Source of the DNA: Gammaproteobacteria bacterium
GTDB taxonomy: Bacteria > Pseudomonadota > Gammaproteobacteria > Eutrophobiales > Eutrophobiaceae
Reading direction: 5' to 3'
DNA length: 64,000 nt
NCBI GenBank assembly: GCA_965202915.1
Contig: OZ241847.1
Span: 2,194,242-2,258,241 of the forward strand
The first letter of the stretch is position 1, and every line of letters starts with the position of its first letter. Positions 51,994-62,872 of the stretch are shown piece after piece. A program made the position numbers and the translations under genes. Below the pieces are notes generated by a model. It did no database searches. It had not been told where the DNA came from and saw only the letters and a list, made by a program, of their open reading frames with translations.

Positions 51994-52303
51994 TGCATGG
52001 TGATCATATTCTCAGCATGATTGCATATTAACAGAGATTCAAAAAATTCCTGTGCACGGGGCGGCGTCAAACAATGGTCGATCAAAAGATGCGGAAACAT
52101 TATTTCCAAAAAAGTAATATCACCGAGGCACAGGCCAATTTTTCCGGCTATTTATTGCCGGGAATTGAATTATAATTTTTCTTATTTTTTTAAATAGATA
52201 TAGCTTTTATTAAATAAATTGTATTAAGATCATATCATAAGCTATACTTATCTATACTTAACTTAGAGAAATTAACCTGAACAGACAGTCGTAATAAACA
52301 ATC

Positions 52304-54553
52304 ATGTCCGATGATACTGAAAAAAGTGCACTTGATTACCACCGCTTACCTCGTCCCGGCAAGATAGAGATTTCTCCAACCAAACCGCTGGCCAATCAAC
52401 GGGACCTGGCACTCGCCTACAGTCCCGGCGTTGCCGAACCCTGCAAGGCCATCGCATCGGATGAAAACATGGCCGCCGAGCTTACCTCCCGTTCCAACCT
52501 GGTTGCGGTGATCACCAATGGCACCGCGGTGCTTGGCTTAGGCAATATCGGCCCGCTTGCCTCCAAGCCGGTGATGGAAGGCAAAGGTGTATTATTCAAG
52601 AAATTTGCCGGTATCGACGTATTTGATATCGAAATCGAGGAACAGGACCCCGCCAAACTGGTTGATATCATCGCCAGTCTGGAACCCACCTTCGGCGGGA
52701 TCAATCTCGAAGATATTAAATCCCCGGAATGTTTTCTGGTCGAAGGCCAGTTACGGCAACGTCTCGGCATACCAGTATTCCATGACGATCAGCATGGTAC
52801 GGCAATCATCGTTGCCGCGGCGGTATTAAATGCCCTGCGCCTGGTGGAAAAGAATATCGCAGATATAAAAATAGTGGTGACCGGCGCCGGCGCCTCCGGC
52901 ATCGCCTGCCTGAAGCTACTGGTCAAAATGGGTGCAAAAAAGGCAAATATCATCGTCGTCGATAGAACCGGTGTGATTTCCAAAAATCGCGGGGGCTTGA
53001 CGCCTCACAAGAGGATGTTTGCAAGCGATACCGATGCCAGGACTTTATCCGACGCGATACAGGGCGCGGATATGTTTTTGGGTTTATCCGGGCCGGGGGT
53101 GGTCAAGCCTGAAATGGTGCGCAGCATGGCGAAACGACCGTTGATCTTTGCCCTGTCGAATCCACTGCCGGAGATACTGCCGGAGGAAGTCAAAGCGGTG
53201 CGGTCAGACGCGATCATTGCCACCGGGCGCTCCGATTACCCAAACCAGGTCAACAATGTATTGTGTTTTCCATTTATTTTCCGGGGCGCACTGGATGTAT
53301 GTGCGACCACAATCAACGATGAGATGAAACTTGCCTGCGTCAAGGCATTGGCGGAATTGGCTCATGAAGAGGCACCGGATACAGTGGTCGCCGCATATGG
53401 AGGGGACGAAATTAAATTTGGGCCGGATTACCTGATCCCCAAACCATTTGACCCCAGGCTGATCATGAAACTTGCGCCGGCGGTGGCAGAAGCGGCGATG
53501 CAAAGCGGCGTCGCCAGGCGGCCGATTAAAGATCTGCGGAAATACATGGAGAAGCTGTCACAATATGTATTCAGATCCATCATCCTGATGCGACCGGTAT
53601 TTGAAAAGGCCAAGCAGGCTCCCAAACGGCTGGTATATGCGGAAGGCGAACAACCCAAGGTATTGAGGGCGGTGCAATCGGTCATTGATGAAGGCATTGC
53701 AAAACCCATCTTGATAGGCGATGAAGCCCTGATTGACTCCCATATCAAAAGAATGGGGTTAAGAATTCGACCCGGTATAGACGTTCAAATCGTCAACCCT
53801 GAGCAACATGAGCCTGCAAAAAACAACCCGGATAGCCCGGATAGCATCACAAGCAATACCCGCCTTGCGGCAACCATGATTCACAACGGTGAGGCCGATG
53901 GCCTGATCTGTGGCACCACCGGCAACTACCATCAACACCTGAATCAAGTGATAGCGGAACTGGGGGTAATGAACGGCATACAGCAACCCACTGCAATGAA
54001 TATCCTGATCCTCAAAATGGGGGTATTTTTTATCTGTGATTCTGCAGTGACGGTTGAACCCAATGCCGAACAGATCGCCGGCAACACCCTACTGGCCACC
54101 GAAAGCGTCAGGCGATTCGGCATTACGCCCAGGGCGGCCCTGTTGTCGTTTTCAAATAACGGTGATATTTACCCTGACGATACCGCAAAAATGGCAACGG
54201 CACTACAATTGATCCGGCAACGACAACCCGACCTCAGGATCGAAGGGCCGATGCGGGCTGATGCGGCATTGGTAAGTGGGATAAGAAAACGGGTCTTACC
54301 TTATTCCAAACTCGTAGAAAACGCCAATCTATTGATCATGCCCAATCTGCATGCCGCCAAAATTGCATACGATATGATAAAAGTGTTGAGTGACGGGATA
54401 TCCATAGGCCCGATATTATTGGGATTAAACCATCCGGTTCACATCATGACGCCCTCATCCACCGTTCGGCGTTTGGTCAACGCCAGCGCGCTTGCAGTGG
54501 TTGATACGGGATTGGCGGTTGCGGCTCAACGACGGGTAAAAAAAGCCAGCTGA
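52304..54553 (+). CDS. maeB: NADP-dependent malic enzyme (a malic enzyme domain with a C-terminal phosphotransacetylase-like domain).
   Basis: 749 aa with a malic-enzyme N-domain and NAD(P)-binding motif ([12 protein letters not shown]) and a PTA-like C-terminus. Confidence 0.9.
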   Translation: MSDDTEKSALDYHRLPRPGKIEISPTKPLANQRDLALAYSPGVAEPCKAIASDENMAAELTSRSNLVAVITNGTAVLGLGNIGPLASKPVMEGKGVLFKKFAGIDVFDIEIEEQDPAKLVDIIASLEPTFGGINLEDIKSPECFLVEGQLRQRLGIPVFHDDQHGTAIIVAAAVLNALRLVEKNIADIKIVVTGAGASGIACLKLLVKMGAKKANIIVVDRTGVISKNRGGLTPHKRMFASDTDARTLSDAIQGADMFLGLSGPGVVKPEMVRSMAKRPLIFALSNPLPEILPEEVKAVRSDAIIATGRSDYPNQVNNVLCFPFIFRGALDVCATTINDEMKLACVKALAELAHEEAPDTVVAAYGGDEIKFGPDYLIPKPFDPRLIMKLAPAVAEAAMQSGVARRPIKDLRKYMEKLSQYVFRSIILMRPVFEKAKQAPKRLVYAEGEQPKVLRAVQSVIDEGIAKPILIGDEALIDSHIKRMGLRIRPGIDVQIVNPEQHEPAKNNPDSPDSITSNTRLAATMIHNGEADGLICGTTGNYHQHLNQVIAELGVMNGIQQPTAMNILILKMGVFFICDSAVTVEPNAEQIAGNTLLATESVRRFGITPRAALLSFSNNGDIYPDDTAKMATALQLIRQRQPDLRIEGPMRADAALVSGIRKRVLPYSKLVENANLLIMPNLHAAKIAYDMIKVLSDGISIGPILLGLNHPVHIMTPSSTVRRLVNASALAVVDTGLAVAAQRRVKKAS

Positions 54554-54747
54554 CTGTAGCGGGAGCACGGTTCCACCGTCATCTTCCCGTCATCGGTCAC
54601 GTCTTGCATTCCAATTGGCTGATATCCGGGTATTCCTCGCCAGCTCGTGCCCGCCGGGAAACGTCGGGGCGGGTGCATATCGGCCATTAAAATCACCGTG
54701 ACACTAAATTACAGTTGAAAACCAGGGTATAAATTAAACCTTGCAAG

Positions 54748-54786
54748 TGAGAATAGTTTTCATTTATCATTAGTTTCTCATTTAGA
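54748..54786. promoter_or_regulatory. Candidate Fur-box-like AT-rich element upstream of the OMP and P19 iron genes.
   Basis: gagaatagttttcatttatcattagtttctcatttag contains tcatttatcatta, which resembles Fur hexamer repeats. I did not score it against a matrix. Confidence 0.25.
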
Positions 54787-54806
54787 TTAGATAAAGGGGG
54801 AACGGT

Positions 54807-55544
54807 GTGGAAGCAAATCAAAAACTCGTCATTACCTGGTTCAACAGAGGCCGACGGGTCTGCCTGAGCACATTGTTCATTATAGCCTTTTCAGGCGGTG
54901 TCGCAACCGCCGATGAGGCCGCACAACTGGAAACAGAGGCATCCCTGAGGTGGGATTCCAAATACGTCTCTCGCGGACGAGATCAATTGGATGACGGCGG
55001 CATTTTCTCCCCGGAAATTGGCCTGTCTTATGGTAACAGTTACGTCGGCGCCTGGTTTGCCGTTGGCGATTCGGTCAACTATCGTGAATTGAATCTCTCG
55101 GTCGGACACGTTTTCTCGGCCGGTCCGGTGGAATTGGACCTGGGCTATACCTGGCTCTGGTTCGAGGATGAAAGAACGGACGAGAATGAATTCACCGCCA
55201 TTGCCTCCTGGCAGGCTCAGGAATGGCTGGGTTTCGACGCCGATTACATCTATAACACCCTCGAGGATGGATGGGCAATTGATGCGGTGGTACGGGGCAA
55301 TTTTGCCGTTGGCAATTTTACAATCTCTCCATACGCCCTTGCCGGATTTGATTTCGGCTTCTCCAGCCCTGAGCACAACGGCATTGCTGAAATTCAGATT
55401 GGCGCCGAGACGAGTATCCCACTGGGGGATAAATCGGAATTGAGTATCTACGCCGCTCATTCCCTGGCTCAAAGAGATAAGAGTAGAGACGGTCTGGGTG
55501 ACCTGAGCTGGATCGGGGTCGGACTGCATTTCCATCTGCCGTAG
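54807..55544 (+). CDS. Small outer-membrane beta-barrel protein of uncharacterised family. A GTG start is predicted.
   Basis: It has a signal peptide, alternating amphipathic strands rich in G/Y/W/F/D, and the end ...GVGLHFHLP. GGGAACG lies upstream of the GTG. Confidence 0.45.
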   Translation: MEANQKLVITWFNRGRRVCLSTLFIIAFSGGVATADEAAQLETEASLRWDSKYVSRGRDQLDDGGIFSPEIGLSYGNSYVGAWFAVGDSVNYRELNLSVGHVFSAGPVELDLGYTWLWFEDERTDENEFTAIASWQAQEWLGFDADYIYNTLEDGWAIDAVVRGNFAVGNFTISPYALAGFDFGFSSPEHNGIAEIQIGAETSIPLGDKSELSIYAAHSLAQRDKSRDGLGDLSWIGVGLHFHLP

Positions 55545-55583
55545 ATAACCGCTATTACTATCCAATATAGAGGAGGAAACACC

Positions 55584-56177
55584 ATGAATAATCATTATGC
55601 AATCAAGCTCCCAACTGTGCCGCAAGGCTTGCCGGGAAAATGCCTGGTACTGTGCTGGCCGTTACTGCTGGCGACGGACATATATGCCGCCGAACTGATC
55701 CTCGGCAAAGAGCGCATCCCACCCGGTATTGAGCTCATCTTTGAAGGTGCCGTCAAAGATGACGTGACGCCCGCCGGCCAACATTTGCCAATCGCTAAAA
55801 CCCACGTACACCTGGAGGCATTGGCGAACTGGGCTGAAGACGGGTCGGCACCGGCGGGCGCCCCCGGCGGAGGCTTCATACCTTACCTGAAGATCACTGC
55901 TGAAGTCACCAATGAAACAAGCGGGGCTTCAACACTGGTGGACCTGGTACCGCACATTAACCTGATTGACAACCTGCACTACGCACGCAACATGTCCCTG
56001 CCGGGCAAGATCACCGATAAATACGAGGTGACTTTCCACGTTGTCCCCCCCGGCAGATTCGACCTTGCCTATCACAAGGATTGGCGGGTGCAATACGAAA
56101 AAGGCTTATTCAAAGAAGCAAAATTCCGCATCCGGCACATCGACTTCGAGGAAATTGCGCTGGCGACCAGGGAGTAA
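55584..56177 (+). CDS. Periplasmic iron/copper-binding protein of the P19/FtrA family (an Ftr1-system accessory protein).
   Basis: ...HVHLEALANWAEDG...PYLKITAEVTNETSGA...VPHINLIDNLHYARNMSLP...YEVTFHVVPP resembles C. jejuni P19. Confidence 0.6.
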   Translation: MNNHYAIKLPTVPQGLPGKCLVLCWPLLLATDIYAAELILGKERIPPGIELIFEGAVKDDVTPAGQHLPIAKTHVHLEALANWAEDGSAPAGAPGGGFIPYLKITAEVTNETSGASTLVDLVPHINLIDNLHYARNMSLPGKITDKYEVTFHVVPPGRFDLAYHKDWRVQYEKGLFKEAKFRIRHIDFEEIALATRE

Positions 56178-56260
56178 GGCCTGCTGGTAAACACCGTCCG
56201 CCGCTGACCGGGGCAAACCGTGGCGATACAGTACACTCGCCGGTCGGCCGCGGGCATTGA

Positions 56261-56782
56261 TCAGTCCGGTTTAAACGAATGCCGATACAGGATGGCCGGT
56301 ACTGATGCAATCAAGATCGCCAGGAAGCAGATCATGCTCCATTCCGCAATACTCATACTCATGAAACGCCATTGCACCTCGGCACATTCGCCGGAACCGG
56401 TGAACACCATGCCAATGGCCTCCCGTAGCGGGAAGACTTCCAACATGTACTCCAGGCCCGGCCCACATTCAGGCACTTCATCCGGCGGCAAATGCTGTAG
56501 CCAGATCTGGCGCCCGGCAATCGCCGCGCCCGCCAACGCGATAACGCTGATCACCCCATGATAAATTTTGCCCACAAATTGGCGCGGACCGTGAATCACC
56601 GCAATCAGGGCGACCAGGGCGATCAATACATACGCTAACCGTTGCAGGATACAAAGCGGACAGGGTTCAAGTCCGACCCCGTATTCCAGATACAGTCCAA
56701 ACCCAAGCAATCCGATGCAGGCCAGGAGCAGCAGCAGAAAATACGCCCTTGATGTAACCATGCTGATCATCCTGACAAACAT
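56261..56782 (-). CDS. dsbB: Disulfide bond formation protein B.
   Basis: LEPCPLCILQRLAYVL is the CxxC motif in the first periplasmic loop. There are four TM segments and the second cysteine pair ECGPGLEYM. Confidence 0.85.
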   Translation of the reverse strand: MFVRMISMVTSRAYFLLLLLACIGLLGFGLYLEYGVGLEPCPLCILQRLAYVLIALVALIAVIHGPRQFVGKIYHGVISVIALAGAAIAGRQIWLQHLPPDEVPECGPGLEYMLEVFPLREAIGMVFTGSGECAEVQWRFMSMSIAEWSMICFLAILIASVPAILYRHSFKPD

Positions 56783-56790
56783 ATCATATT

Positions 56791-57783
56791 TTATGAATTT
56801 AACCGGCTTTTGAAAAACGCCGGAATGCGTCTTTCCAACCAATAGGTCGATTGAAACGGGAATCTTCCGCCGACAAATCCAACGTGACCGCCCGTATCGG
56901 CAAGTTCAAGCGTCACCTGATCCGATAATTCAGCCAAACCGGGAATGGCCGCCGCGGTCAGGAAAGGATCATCGCGGGCATGAACGATCAAGGTCGGTAC
57001 CCGGATGTCTTTTATAAATTGCCGGCTGCTGCATTTTGCATAATAATCATCGGCGTTTTTAAACCCATGCAAACGTGCGGTAACGCAATCATCGAATAAC
57101 GCAAAGCTGCTCCATTTATGCATCCGGGTCATATCAAAAGGCGTCGGTCTGTGCAAAAATTTGTAACGCATCTTATTTGCAAGACGGTTTATCAGATAAC
57201 GCCGGTACAAGCGTGACGCCCCTCGATCGAGTCTTGCCGCACCCTTGGCCAATTCAAACGGAACCGATACCGCCACCGCAACCTTGATCATGCTCCGATT
57301 GCCCTCTTCCCCCAGATACTTTAACAAAACATTGCCCCCCAGAGAAAACCCTATTATGGCGACGTCCCGATTTGGAAAATGGCGCGCCAGATATTTGATA
57401 AAATACCGCAGATCACCCGTGTCACCGGCATGATAACTTCTTTGCAATCTGTTATGCCTGCCGCCGCATCCTCTGAAATGCATAAGCACACCCTGCCAGC
57501 CCTGCCGTTCAACCCTGTGCAACATACCCCTTATATAGCGCGAATTAACAGACCCCTCAAGACCATGTAACAACACTATAATCGGGCCGTCACAGTCGCG
57601 GGTCCAAACCAAATCAACAAAGTCGCCATCATCGGTATCCAGAGTTTGCCATCGTAATTCAAGCCTGTTCCGCCGGCGGAACAGGGCCGGCCATATAGTC
57701 TGGAGATGTTTATTCCTAAGCCACCAGGCCGGCTGAAATTGACTTTCGATGATCACGGTATGGTCACAAAAACCACTTCCCAA
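56791..57783 (-). CDS. Alpha/beta-hydrolase of the YheT/ABHD1-3 type.
   Basis: ...IVLLHGLEGSVNSRYIRGML...GFSLGGN... is an abhydrolase fold. Confidence 0.7.
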   Translation of the reverse strand: MGSGFCDHTVIIESQFQPAWWLRNKHLQTIWPALFRRRNRLELRWQTLDTDDGDFVDLVWTRDCDGPIIVLLHGLEGSVNSRYIRGMLHRVERQGWQGVLMHFRGCGGRHNRLQRSYHAGDTGDLRYFIKYLARHFPNRDVAIIGFSLGGNVLLKYLGEEGNRSMIKVAVAVSVPFELAKGAARLDRGASRLYRRYLINRLANKMRYKFLHRPTPFDMTRMHKWSSFALFDDCVTARLHGFKNADDYYAKCSSRQFIKDIRVPTLIVHARDDPFLTAAAIPGLAELSDQVTLELADTGGHVGFVGGRFPFQSTYWLERRIPAFFKSRLNS

Positions 57784-57843
57784 AATACCTCATCTTGCCG
57801 GCAACCCGGCAAAACTTTCTCCTGATAGCGCGGCGACGCTTGT

Positions 57844-58887
57844 TCAAGGATTCTCCCCCTGTTCGAGTGTGTGCCGCATATTGCCAAGCCCAGGCGATGG
57901 ATGGAGTATTACGGACCGGTCCGGTTTGTTTGACAGGCATATCCGGTCGGCATCCGGACGGTCCAGTTCCATCACCACCAGCATAATCGTTTTCTCACCG
58001 CTATCCCTGATGCAGGACAGTACCGTGCCTATTGACCGGTCATTGCCATCATAACAAAGGGTGTCACCCACGTTTGCGTCCGCAGCCACCGACGCCGGCA
58101 TAAGGCGGCGTTTTACCGTGCCGCGGTAATGCAGGCGAGCAATCACTTCCTGCCCCGGAAAGCAGCCTTTGTTCAGGTTGATTGCAGACAGTAAATCCAG
58201 GTTCAGCATTTGCGGCAGAAACTGTTCGCTGGTCCTGGTGCCGACCCGGGGCAGGCCCTGCTTAATATCCAGATATTGCCAGGATAGGTCGTCAGTAAAA
58301 GACACCAACACTTCCCGGTTCTCGATAACGGACCGCATATCAGCAAAATCAGACAAGATCATCACCCTCCCCGAATGCTCAGGCAGACCGATTATTACCC
58401 GATTTTCATGCACGATGACCCCGCCGGGCGGACAGTCAATTCCCCCCCCGGTGTGCAGCGCATTAACCGTCTCCATATCCGCCGCACCCGATAAAACATA
58501 ATCATTACCGGCCTCCTCTATTTTTACATTGGCGCGCAACTTAAACATGGCCAGACGCGGTGACACCACAGCGGTTAAATCCTCAGGCAGCAGCATAAAA
58601 AAGTCGCCGCTGATATTGGCAAGTATAAAAAAACTGATCACCTGACCCCTGGGATTGCACCAGGCATTGAGCTGACAGCCCGAAGCCGCAATCGCGGTAA
58701 CGTCATTACTGAATTGACCGTTTAGAAATGACAGGGCATCGGGCCCCGACACCTTAATGATCGCCAAATGAGACAGATCAAACAGCCAGCACCGGTCTGG
58801 CCCCTGAAGTTCGGATACATCGCCAAGGTCGGCAAACCGGGTGAACCGACTCGACCGTTGCAGAAGGGTACGCCATTCCCGGTTCAT
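57844..58887 (-). CDS. ygfZ: Folate-binding Fe-S cluster repair/tRNA modification protein YgfZ.
   Basis: It is GcvT-like: ...IIKVSGPDALSFLNGQFSNDV... It lies directly downstream of sdhE, as in E. coli. Confidence 0.8.
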   Translation of the reverse strand: MNREWRTLLQRSSRFTRFADLGDVSELQGPDRCWLFDLSHLAIIKVSGPDALSFLNGQFSNDVTAIAASGCQLNAWCNPRGQVISFFILANISGDFFMLLPEDLTAVVSPRLAMFKLRANVKIEEAGNDYVLSGAADMETVNALHTGGGIDCPPGGVIVHENRVIIGLPEHSGRVMILSDFADMRSVIENREVLVSFTDDLSWQYLDIKQGLPRVGTRTSEQFLPQMLNLDLLSAINLNKGCFPGQEVIARLHYRGTVKRRLMPASVAADANVGDTLCYDGNDRSIGTVLSCIRDSGEKTIMLVVMELDRPDADRICLSNKPDRSVILHPSPGLGNMRHTLEQGENP

Positions 58888-58900
58888 AGATACCCAAAAA

Positions 58901-59152
58901 CTATTTAGTCTTTACTTGCCGTAACAGGGCAATGATGGCATTGAAATCATCCCGCCGCGGCCGGCCCTTATCCATGATCCAGGCGAGAATATCCAAATCG
59001 GCCTCATCCAGCATATCATCGAAACTCAGTTTTTGATTGTCCGACAGCCGGTCATAATGCCGTTCAATAAAGCCCTGCAACAACAAATCCATCTCCTTGA
59101 CGCCGCGCCGGCAACGCCACCGCAGACGGGAGCGACTGGCCTCCATAGACAC
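58901..59152 (-). CDS. sdhE: FAD assembly factor SdhE (YgfY/CptB).
   Basis: RWRCRRGVKEMDLLL is the RGxxE motif. It aligns with E. coli SdhE and starts 3 nt after the sdhB stop. Confidence 0.85.
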   Translation of the reverse strand: MSMEASRSRLRWRCRRGVKEMDLLLQGFIERHYDRLSDNQKLSFDDMLDEADLDILAWIMDKGRPRRDDFNAIIALLRQVKTK

Positions 59153-59154
59153 GA

Positions 59155-59943
59155 TTAAACCGTGCGGGTAAGCATCAATTTTTTAACCTCGGCAATGGCC
59201 TTCGCCGGGTTCAATCCTTTTGGACAGGTATTGGTACAATTCATAATCGTATGACAACGATACAGACGGAACGGGTCTTCCAGTTCATCCAGACGCTCAC
59301 CGGTATTTTCATCCCGACTATCGACAATCCAGCGATAGGCCTGAAGCAGTATCGCCGGCCCAAGATAGCGGTCCCCATTCCACCAATAGCTCGGACAACT
59401 GGTGGAACAACATGCGCACAATATGCACTCATACAAACCATCCAGCCGGGCCCGCTCCGGTTTTGATTGCAGACGTTCAGCATCCGGCGGCGGCGGACTC
59501 TGGGTTTGCATCCAGGGTTTAATGGATGCGTATTGCGCATAAAAATGGGTCAGATCAGGCACCAGGTCCTTGATCACCGGCAGATGCGGTAACGGATAGA
59601 TTGCAATATCACCGGCAAAATTTTTGATCGCCCTGGTACAGGCCAGGGTATTAGTGCCACCAACGTTCATCGCACAGGAACCACAGATCCCCTCCCGGCA
59701 GGAGCGACGAAAAGTGAGTGTCGAATCCAACTCATTTTTAATGTAAATCAGAGCATCCAGCACCATCGGCCCGCATTGATCAAGATCGATCCGGTAACTA
59801 TCCATGACCGGATTGTGATCCTTGTCCGGGTCCCAGCGATAGACGCGCAAAGTCTTGTCGCGTGCCGCACCATTGGCGGCGTTCACGGTCTTGCCCGATT
59901 TGACCCTGGAATTTTTTGGTAACGTGAATTCAGCCATGATCAC
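59155..59943 (-). CDS. sdhB: Succinate dehydrogenase iron-sulfur subunit.
   Basis: [25 protein letters not shown] and [12 protein letters not shown] are the three Fe-S cluster motifs. Confidence 0.95.
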   Translation of the reverse strand: MIMAEFTLPKNSRVKSGKTVNAANGAARDKTLRVYRWDPDKDHNPVMDSYRIDLDQCGPMVLDALIYIKNELDSTLTFRRSCREGICGSCAMNVGGTNTLACTRAIKNFAGDIAIYPLPHLPVIKDLVPDLTHFYAQYASIKPWMQTQSPPPPDAERLQSKPERARLDGLYECILCACCSTSCPSYWWNGDRYLGPAILLQAYRWIVDSRDENTGERLDELEDPFRLYRCHTIMNCTNTCPKGLNPAKAIAEVKKLMLTRTV

Positions 59944-59964
59944 TCTCTCAAATAGTTATAATAA

Positions 59965-61752
59965 TCAATAGACCCGTTTCTTAGGAGGAATAACCTCAAC
60001 CTCGTCAGTCAACGTGAACAAATGCGTTGGCCGATAACCAAACGACACCTTGCCGTTGGCATCGATCCAGGTCAAAGTATGTTTCATCCAGTTTTCATCA
60101 TCCCGATCGGGATAATCCTCCCTGGCGTGCCCGCCCCGGCTTTCCTGTCTATTATCGGCGGCGTGTATGCTCACGATTGCACACTGCAACAGATTTCTTA
60201 GCTCCAGTGTCTCCACCAGATCGGTATTCCAGATCATGCTTCTGTCTTCCAATTTAACGTCGGCAAATGAATCCCAGATCCCGGCCATTACCTCAATACC
60301 CTCGCGCATAACCTCGCCGGTGCGAAATACCGCGGCGTGACCCTGCATATTGCGTTGCATATTGGTGCGGATCCGTGACGTAGGAACCGAGCCGTTGCTA
60401 TGACGAAGCTGATCCAGTTCCTCTATCGCCTGCGCACCCGCGTCCTGAAGGGACTTATGCGCCATCCCCGGCTTGATATTTTCCGCGCAATAATTTGCGG
60501 CCGCCCGCCCAAACACGATCAGATCCAGCAGCGAATTGGAACCCAGCCTGTTGGCGCCGTGCACCGACACACAGGCCGCTTCACCGATAGACATCAAGCC
60601 GGGCACCACCGCGTCCGGATCATCACCGTCCAGGGTCACCACCTGGCCGTGGTAATTGGTCGGGATCCCACCCATATTGTAATGCACGGTCGGGATCACC
60701 GGTATCGGTTCCCTGGAGACGTCAACCCCGGCAAAAATCCTGGCCGACTCGGCGATCCCAGGCAGACGCTCATTGATCACCTCCGTGCCCAGATGCTCCA
60801 GATGCAGATGCACGTGATCCTTATCCGCCCCCACGCCCCGGCCTTCACGGATCTCGACCGTCATTGAACGGCTGACCACGTCACGCGATGCAAGGTCTTT
60901 CGCGGACGGCGCATAACGCTCCATGAATCGTTCGCCGTCCGAATTGGTTAAATAGCCACCCTCACCCCTGACCCCCTCGGTGATTAAACAACCGGAACCA
61001 TAAATCCCGGTCGGGTGAAATTGAATAAATTCCATATCCTGCAACGGCAACCCGGCGCGCAACACCATCGCATTCCCGTCACCGGTGCAGGTATGCGCCG
61101 AAGTGCAGGAAAAATAAGCGCGGCCATAGCCGCCGGTGGCCAATACCACCTGGTGGGCGCGAAACCGATGCAAGGTGCCGTCGTCCAACTTCCAGGCCAT
61201 CACCCCGACGCAGGCGCCGTCATCATCCATAATCAGATCCAGCGCAAAGTATTCAACAAAAAAATCGGCGTCATACTTTAACGATTGCTGATACAGCGTA
61301 TGCAATATCGCATGGCCGGTACGGTCCGCCGCCGCACAGGTTCGCTGGGCGGTGCCTTCACCATAATTGGTCGTCATGCCGCCAAATGGACGCTGATAGA
61401 TCTTGCCGTCCTCGGTGCGCGAAAACGGCACCCCGTAATGCTCCAGTTCTATCACCGACGGAGCCGCCTCACGACACATATACTCGATGGCATCCTGATC
61501 GCCCAGCCAATCGGACCCCTTGACCGTGTCGTACATATGCCAGCGCCAATCATCCTCTCCCATGTTACCGAGCGCGGCGCTCATTCCGCCCTGAGCCGCG
61601 ACGGTGTGGCTGCGGGTCGGAAACACCTTGGTGATACAGGCGGTCGCCAGGCCCTTCACGGCCATGCCGAACGTCGCCCGTAACCCGGCGCCGCCGGCAC
61701 CGACCACGACCACGTCATACCGATGTTCAATAATCTGATAACCGTCGGCCAT
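59965..61752 (-). CDS. sdhA: Succinate dehydrogenase flavoprotein subunit.
   Basis: [13 protein letters not shown] is the FAD Rossmann motif, and ...[10 protein letters not shown]... carries the FAD-linkage His. Confidence 0.95.
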   Translation of the reverse strand: MADGYQIIEHRYDVVVVGAGGAGLRATFGMAVKGLATACITKVFPTRSHTVAAQGGMSAALGNMGEDDWRWHMYDTVKGSDWLGDQDAIEYMCREAAPSVIELEHYGVPFSRTEDGKIYQRPFGGMTTNYGEGTAQRTCAAADRTGHAILHTLYQQSLKYDADFFVEYFALDLIMDDDGACVGVMAWKLDDGTLHRFRAHQVVLATGGYGRAYFSCTSAHTCTGDGNAMVLRAGLPLQDMEFIQFHPTGIYGSGCLITEGVRGEGGYLTNSDGERFMERYAPSAKDLASRDVVSRSMTVEIREGRGVGADKDHVHLHLEHLGTEVINERLPGIAESARIFAGVDVSREPIPVIPTVHYNMGGIPTNYHGQVVTLDGDDPDAVVPGLMSIGEAACVSVHGANRLGSNSLLDLIVFGRAAANYCAENIKPGMAHKSLQDAGAQAIEELDQLRHSNGSVPTSRIRTNMQRNMQGHAAVFRTGEVMREGIEVMAGIWDSFADVKLEDRSMIWNTDLVETLELRNLLQCAIVSIHAADNRQESRGGHAREDYPDRDDENWMKHTLTWIDANGKVSFGYRPTHLFTLTDEVEVIPPKKRVY

Positions 61753-61758
61753 CGCGGT

Positions 61759-62142
61759 TCAAAACCCCAGAGACATTTTCAATACCGCCACCAGCGCCGC
61801 CAACCCGGCCAAACAGAACAAAAACTTAACCAGCATGATGCACGCAATCTTTTGCCATTCCGGTTGAATATAATCCTCTATTACCACCTGCATACCGAGT
61901 GCCGCGTGATAATAAAGTGCAATCAACATCAGCAACATAAGCACACAGCGCATTGGCGATAACTGCAACCAGCTATTTATGCCGGCATAATCCATCGTAG
62001 TCATACTCACCAGGGAATAAACAAACCACACGCTGAGCGGCACCAGCAAAACCGCGGTCAATCTTTGCGCCCACCAATGGCGCAAACCCTCTTTGGCGGA
62101 ACCCAGGCCGCGCGCCCTGGCTATCGGGGTTTGCAGACTCAT
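61759..62142 (-). CDS. sdhD: Succinate dehydrogenase hydrophobic membrane anchor subunit.
   Basis: 127 aa with 3 TM segments, in the sdhC-sdhD-sdhA-sdhB order. Confidence 0.85.
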   Translation of the reverse strand: MSLQTPIARARGLGSAKEGLRHWWAQRLTAVLLVPLSVWFVYSLVSMTTMDYAGINSWLQLSPMRCVLMLLMLIALYYHAALGMQVVIEDYIQPEWQKIACIMLVKFLFCLAGLAALVAVLKMSLGF

Positions 62143-62522
62143 ACACTGCCACCCGCAAGCCAGGTCGCAACGCTAAGCAACAACGCAACCACGATGGCGG
62201 CGTAACCGCTTTTATAACTGGTCTCAAGCTCCAGGCCGAAACCCGCGTCCCAGAATAAATGCCTGATGCCGTTGCACAAGTGGTAATAGAAAGAAAGCAC
62301 AAACGCAAACAACAGACACTGACCGTACCAACTGCTGATATGAGTCTGCATCAGCGCGAAATATTGCGGCCCGGTGGCCGCCGCCGTTAACCAGCAGGCA
62401 AGCAACACCGCGCCCAGCGCCAAAAATACCCCGGTGCCGCGATGACTGATCGACAACAGCGAAGTCAACTGCGGTTTATATATCTGCAAATGCGGTGATA
62501 AGGGTCTATTTACCATCGCCAT
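62139..62522 (-). CDS. sdhC: Succinate dehydrogenase cytochrome b556 subunit. The start was taken at the internal MAMVNRP.
   Basis: ...RPLSPHLQIYKPQLTSLLSISHRGTG... is the SdhC signature. Confidence 0.85.
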   Translation of the reverse strand: MAMVNRPLSPHLQIYKPQLTSLLSISHRGTGVFLALGAVLLACWLTAAATGPQYFALMQTHISSWYGQCLLFAFVLSFYYHLCNGIRHLFWDAGFGLELETSYKSGYAAIVVALLLSVATWLAGGSV

Positions 62523-62593
62523 ACATGCTGCCTCCTCCTGATCACGTTTTATATCCGGTACATCAATCGCCCGGCGGGTGAATCCAAACCCGC

Positions 62594-62755
62594 CTAGAAA
62601 TCGATACAGCGCCCGCGCCGTTCCCAATCACCGTAGCGCGTCGGCTCCGGCCCCTGCGGACCTCCGATTTCACCGCCGGCGTTTTTTTTCACGTCCATAA
62701 CCGGCTCAGGTTGAATATCGTCCGGTTTTTTAGCATCATTGGTTTTTGCCTGCAT
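62594..62755 (-). CDS. DUF1674/SDHAF4-like small protein upstream of sdhC. The start is uncertain: the MQAK start gives 54 aa, and the alternative MDVKK start at 62698 gives 34 aa.
   Basis: The C-terminal ...GGEIGGPQGPEPTRYGDWERRGRCIDF matches the conserved GGPxGPEPTRYGDWE+KGR..DF signature of DUF1674 (SDHAF4). Confidence 0.6.
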   Translation of the reverse strand: MQAKTNDAKKPDDIQPEPVMDVKKNAGGEIGGPQGPEPTRYGDWERRGRCIDF

Positions 62756-62872
62756 TCGTAAATTATATCCCAGGCCGCCAAAAAAAACAGCACTTTTGTA
62801 CGTCGGAATACCGGCGAAAGTCCGGCCGCAATTAAAAACCACCAGAATAACAAGGAGACAGCATAAACCGGG

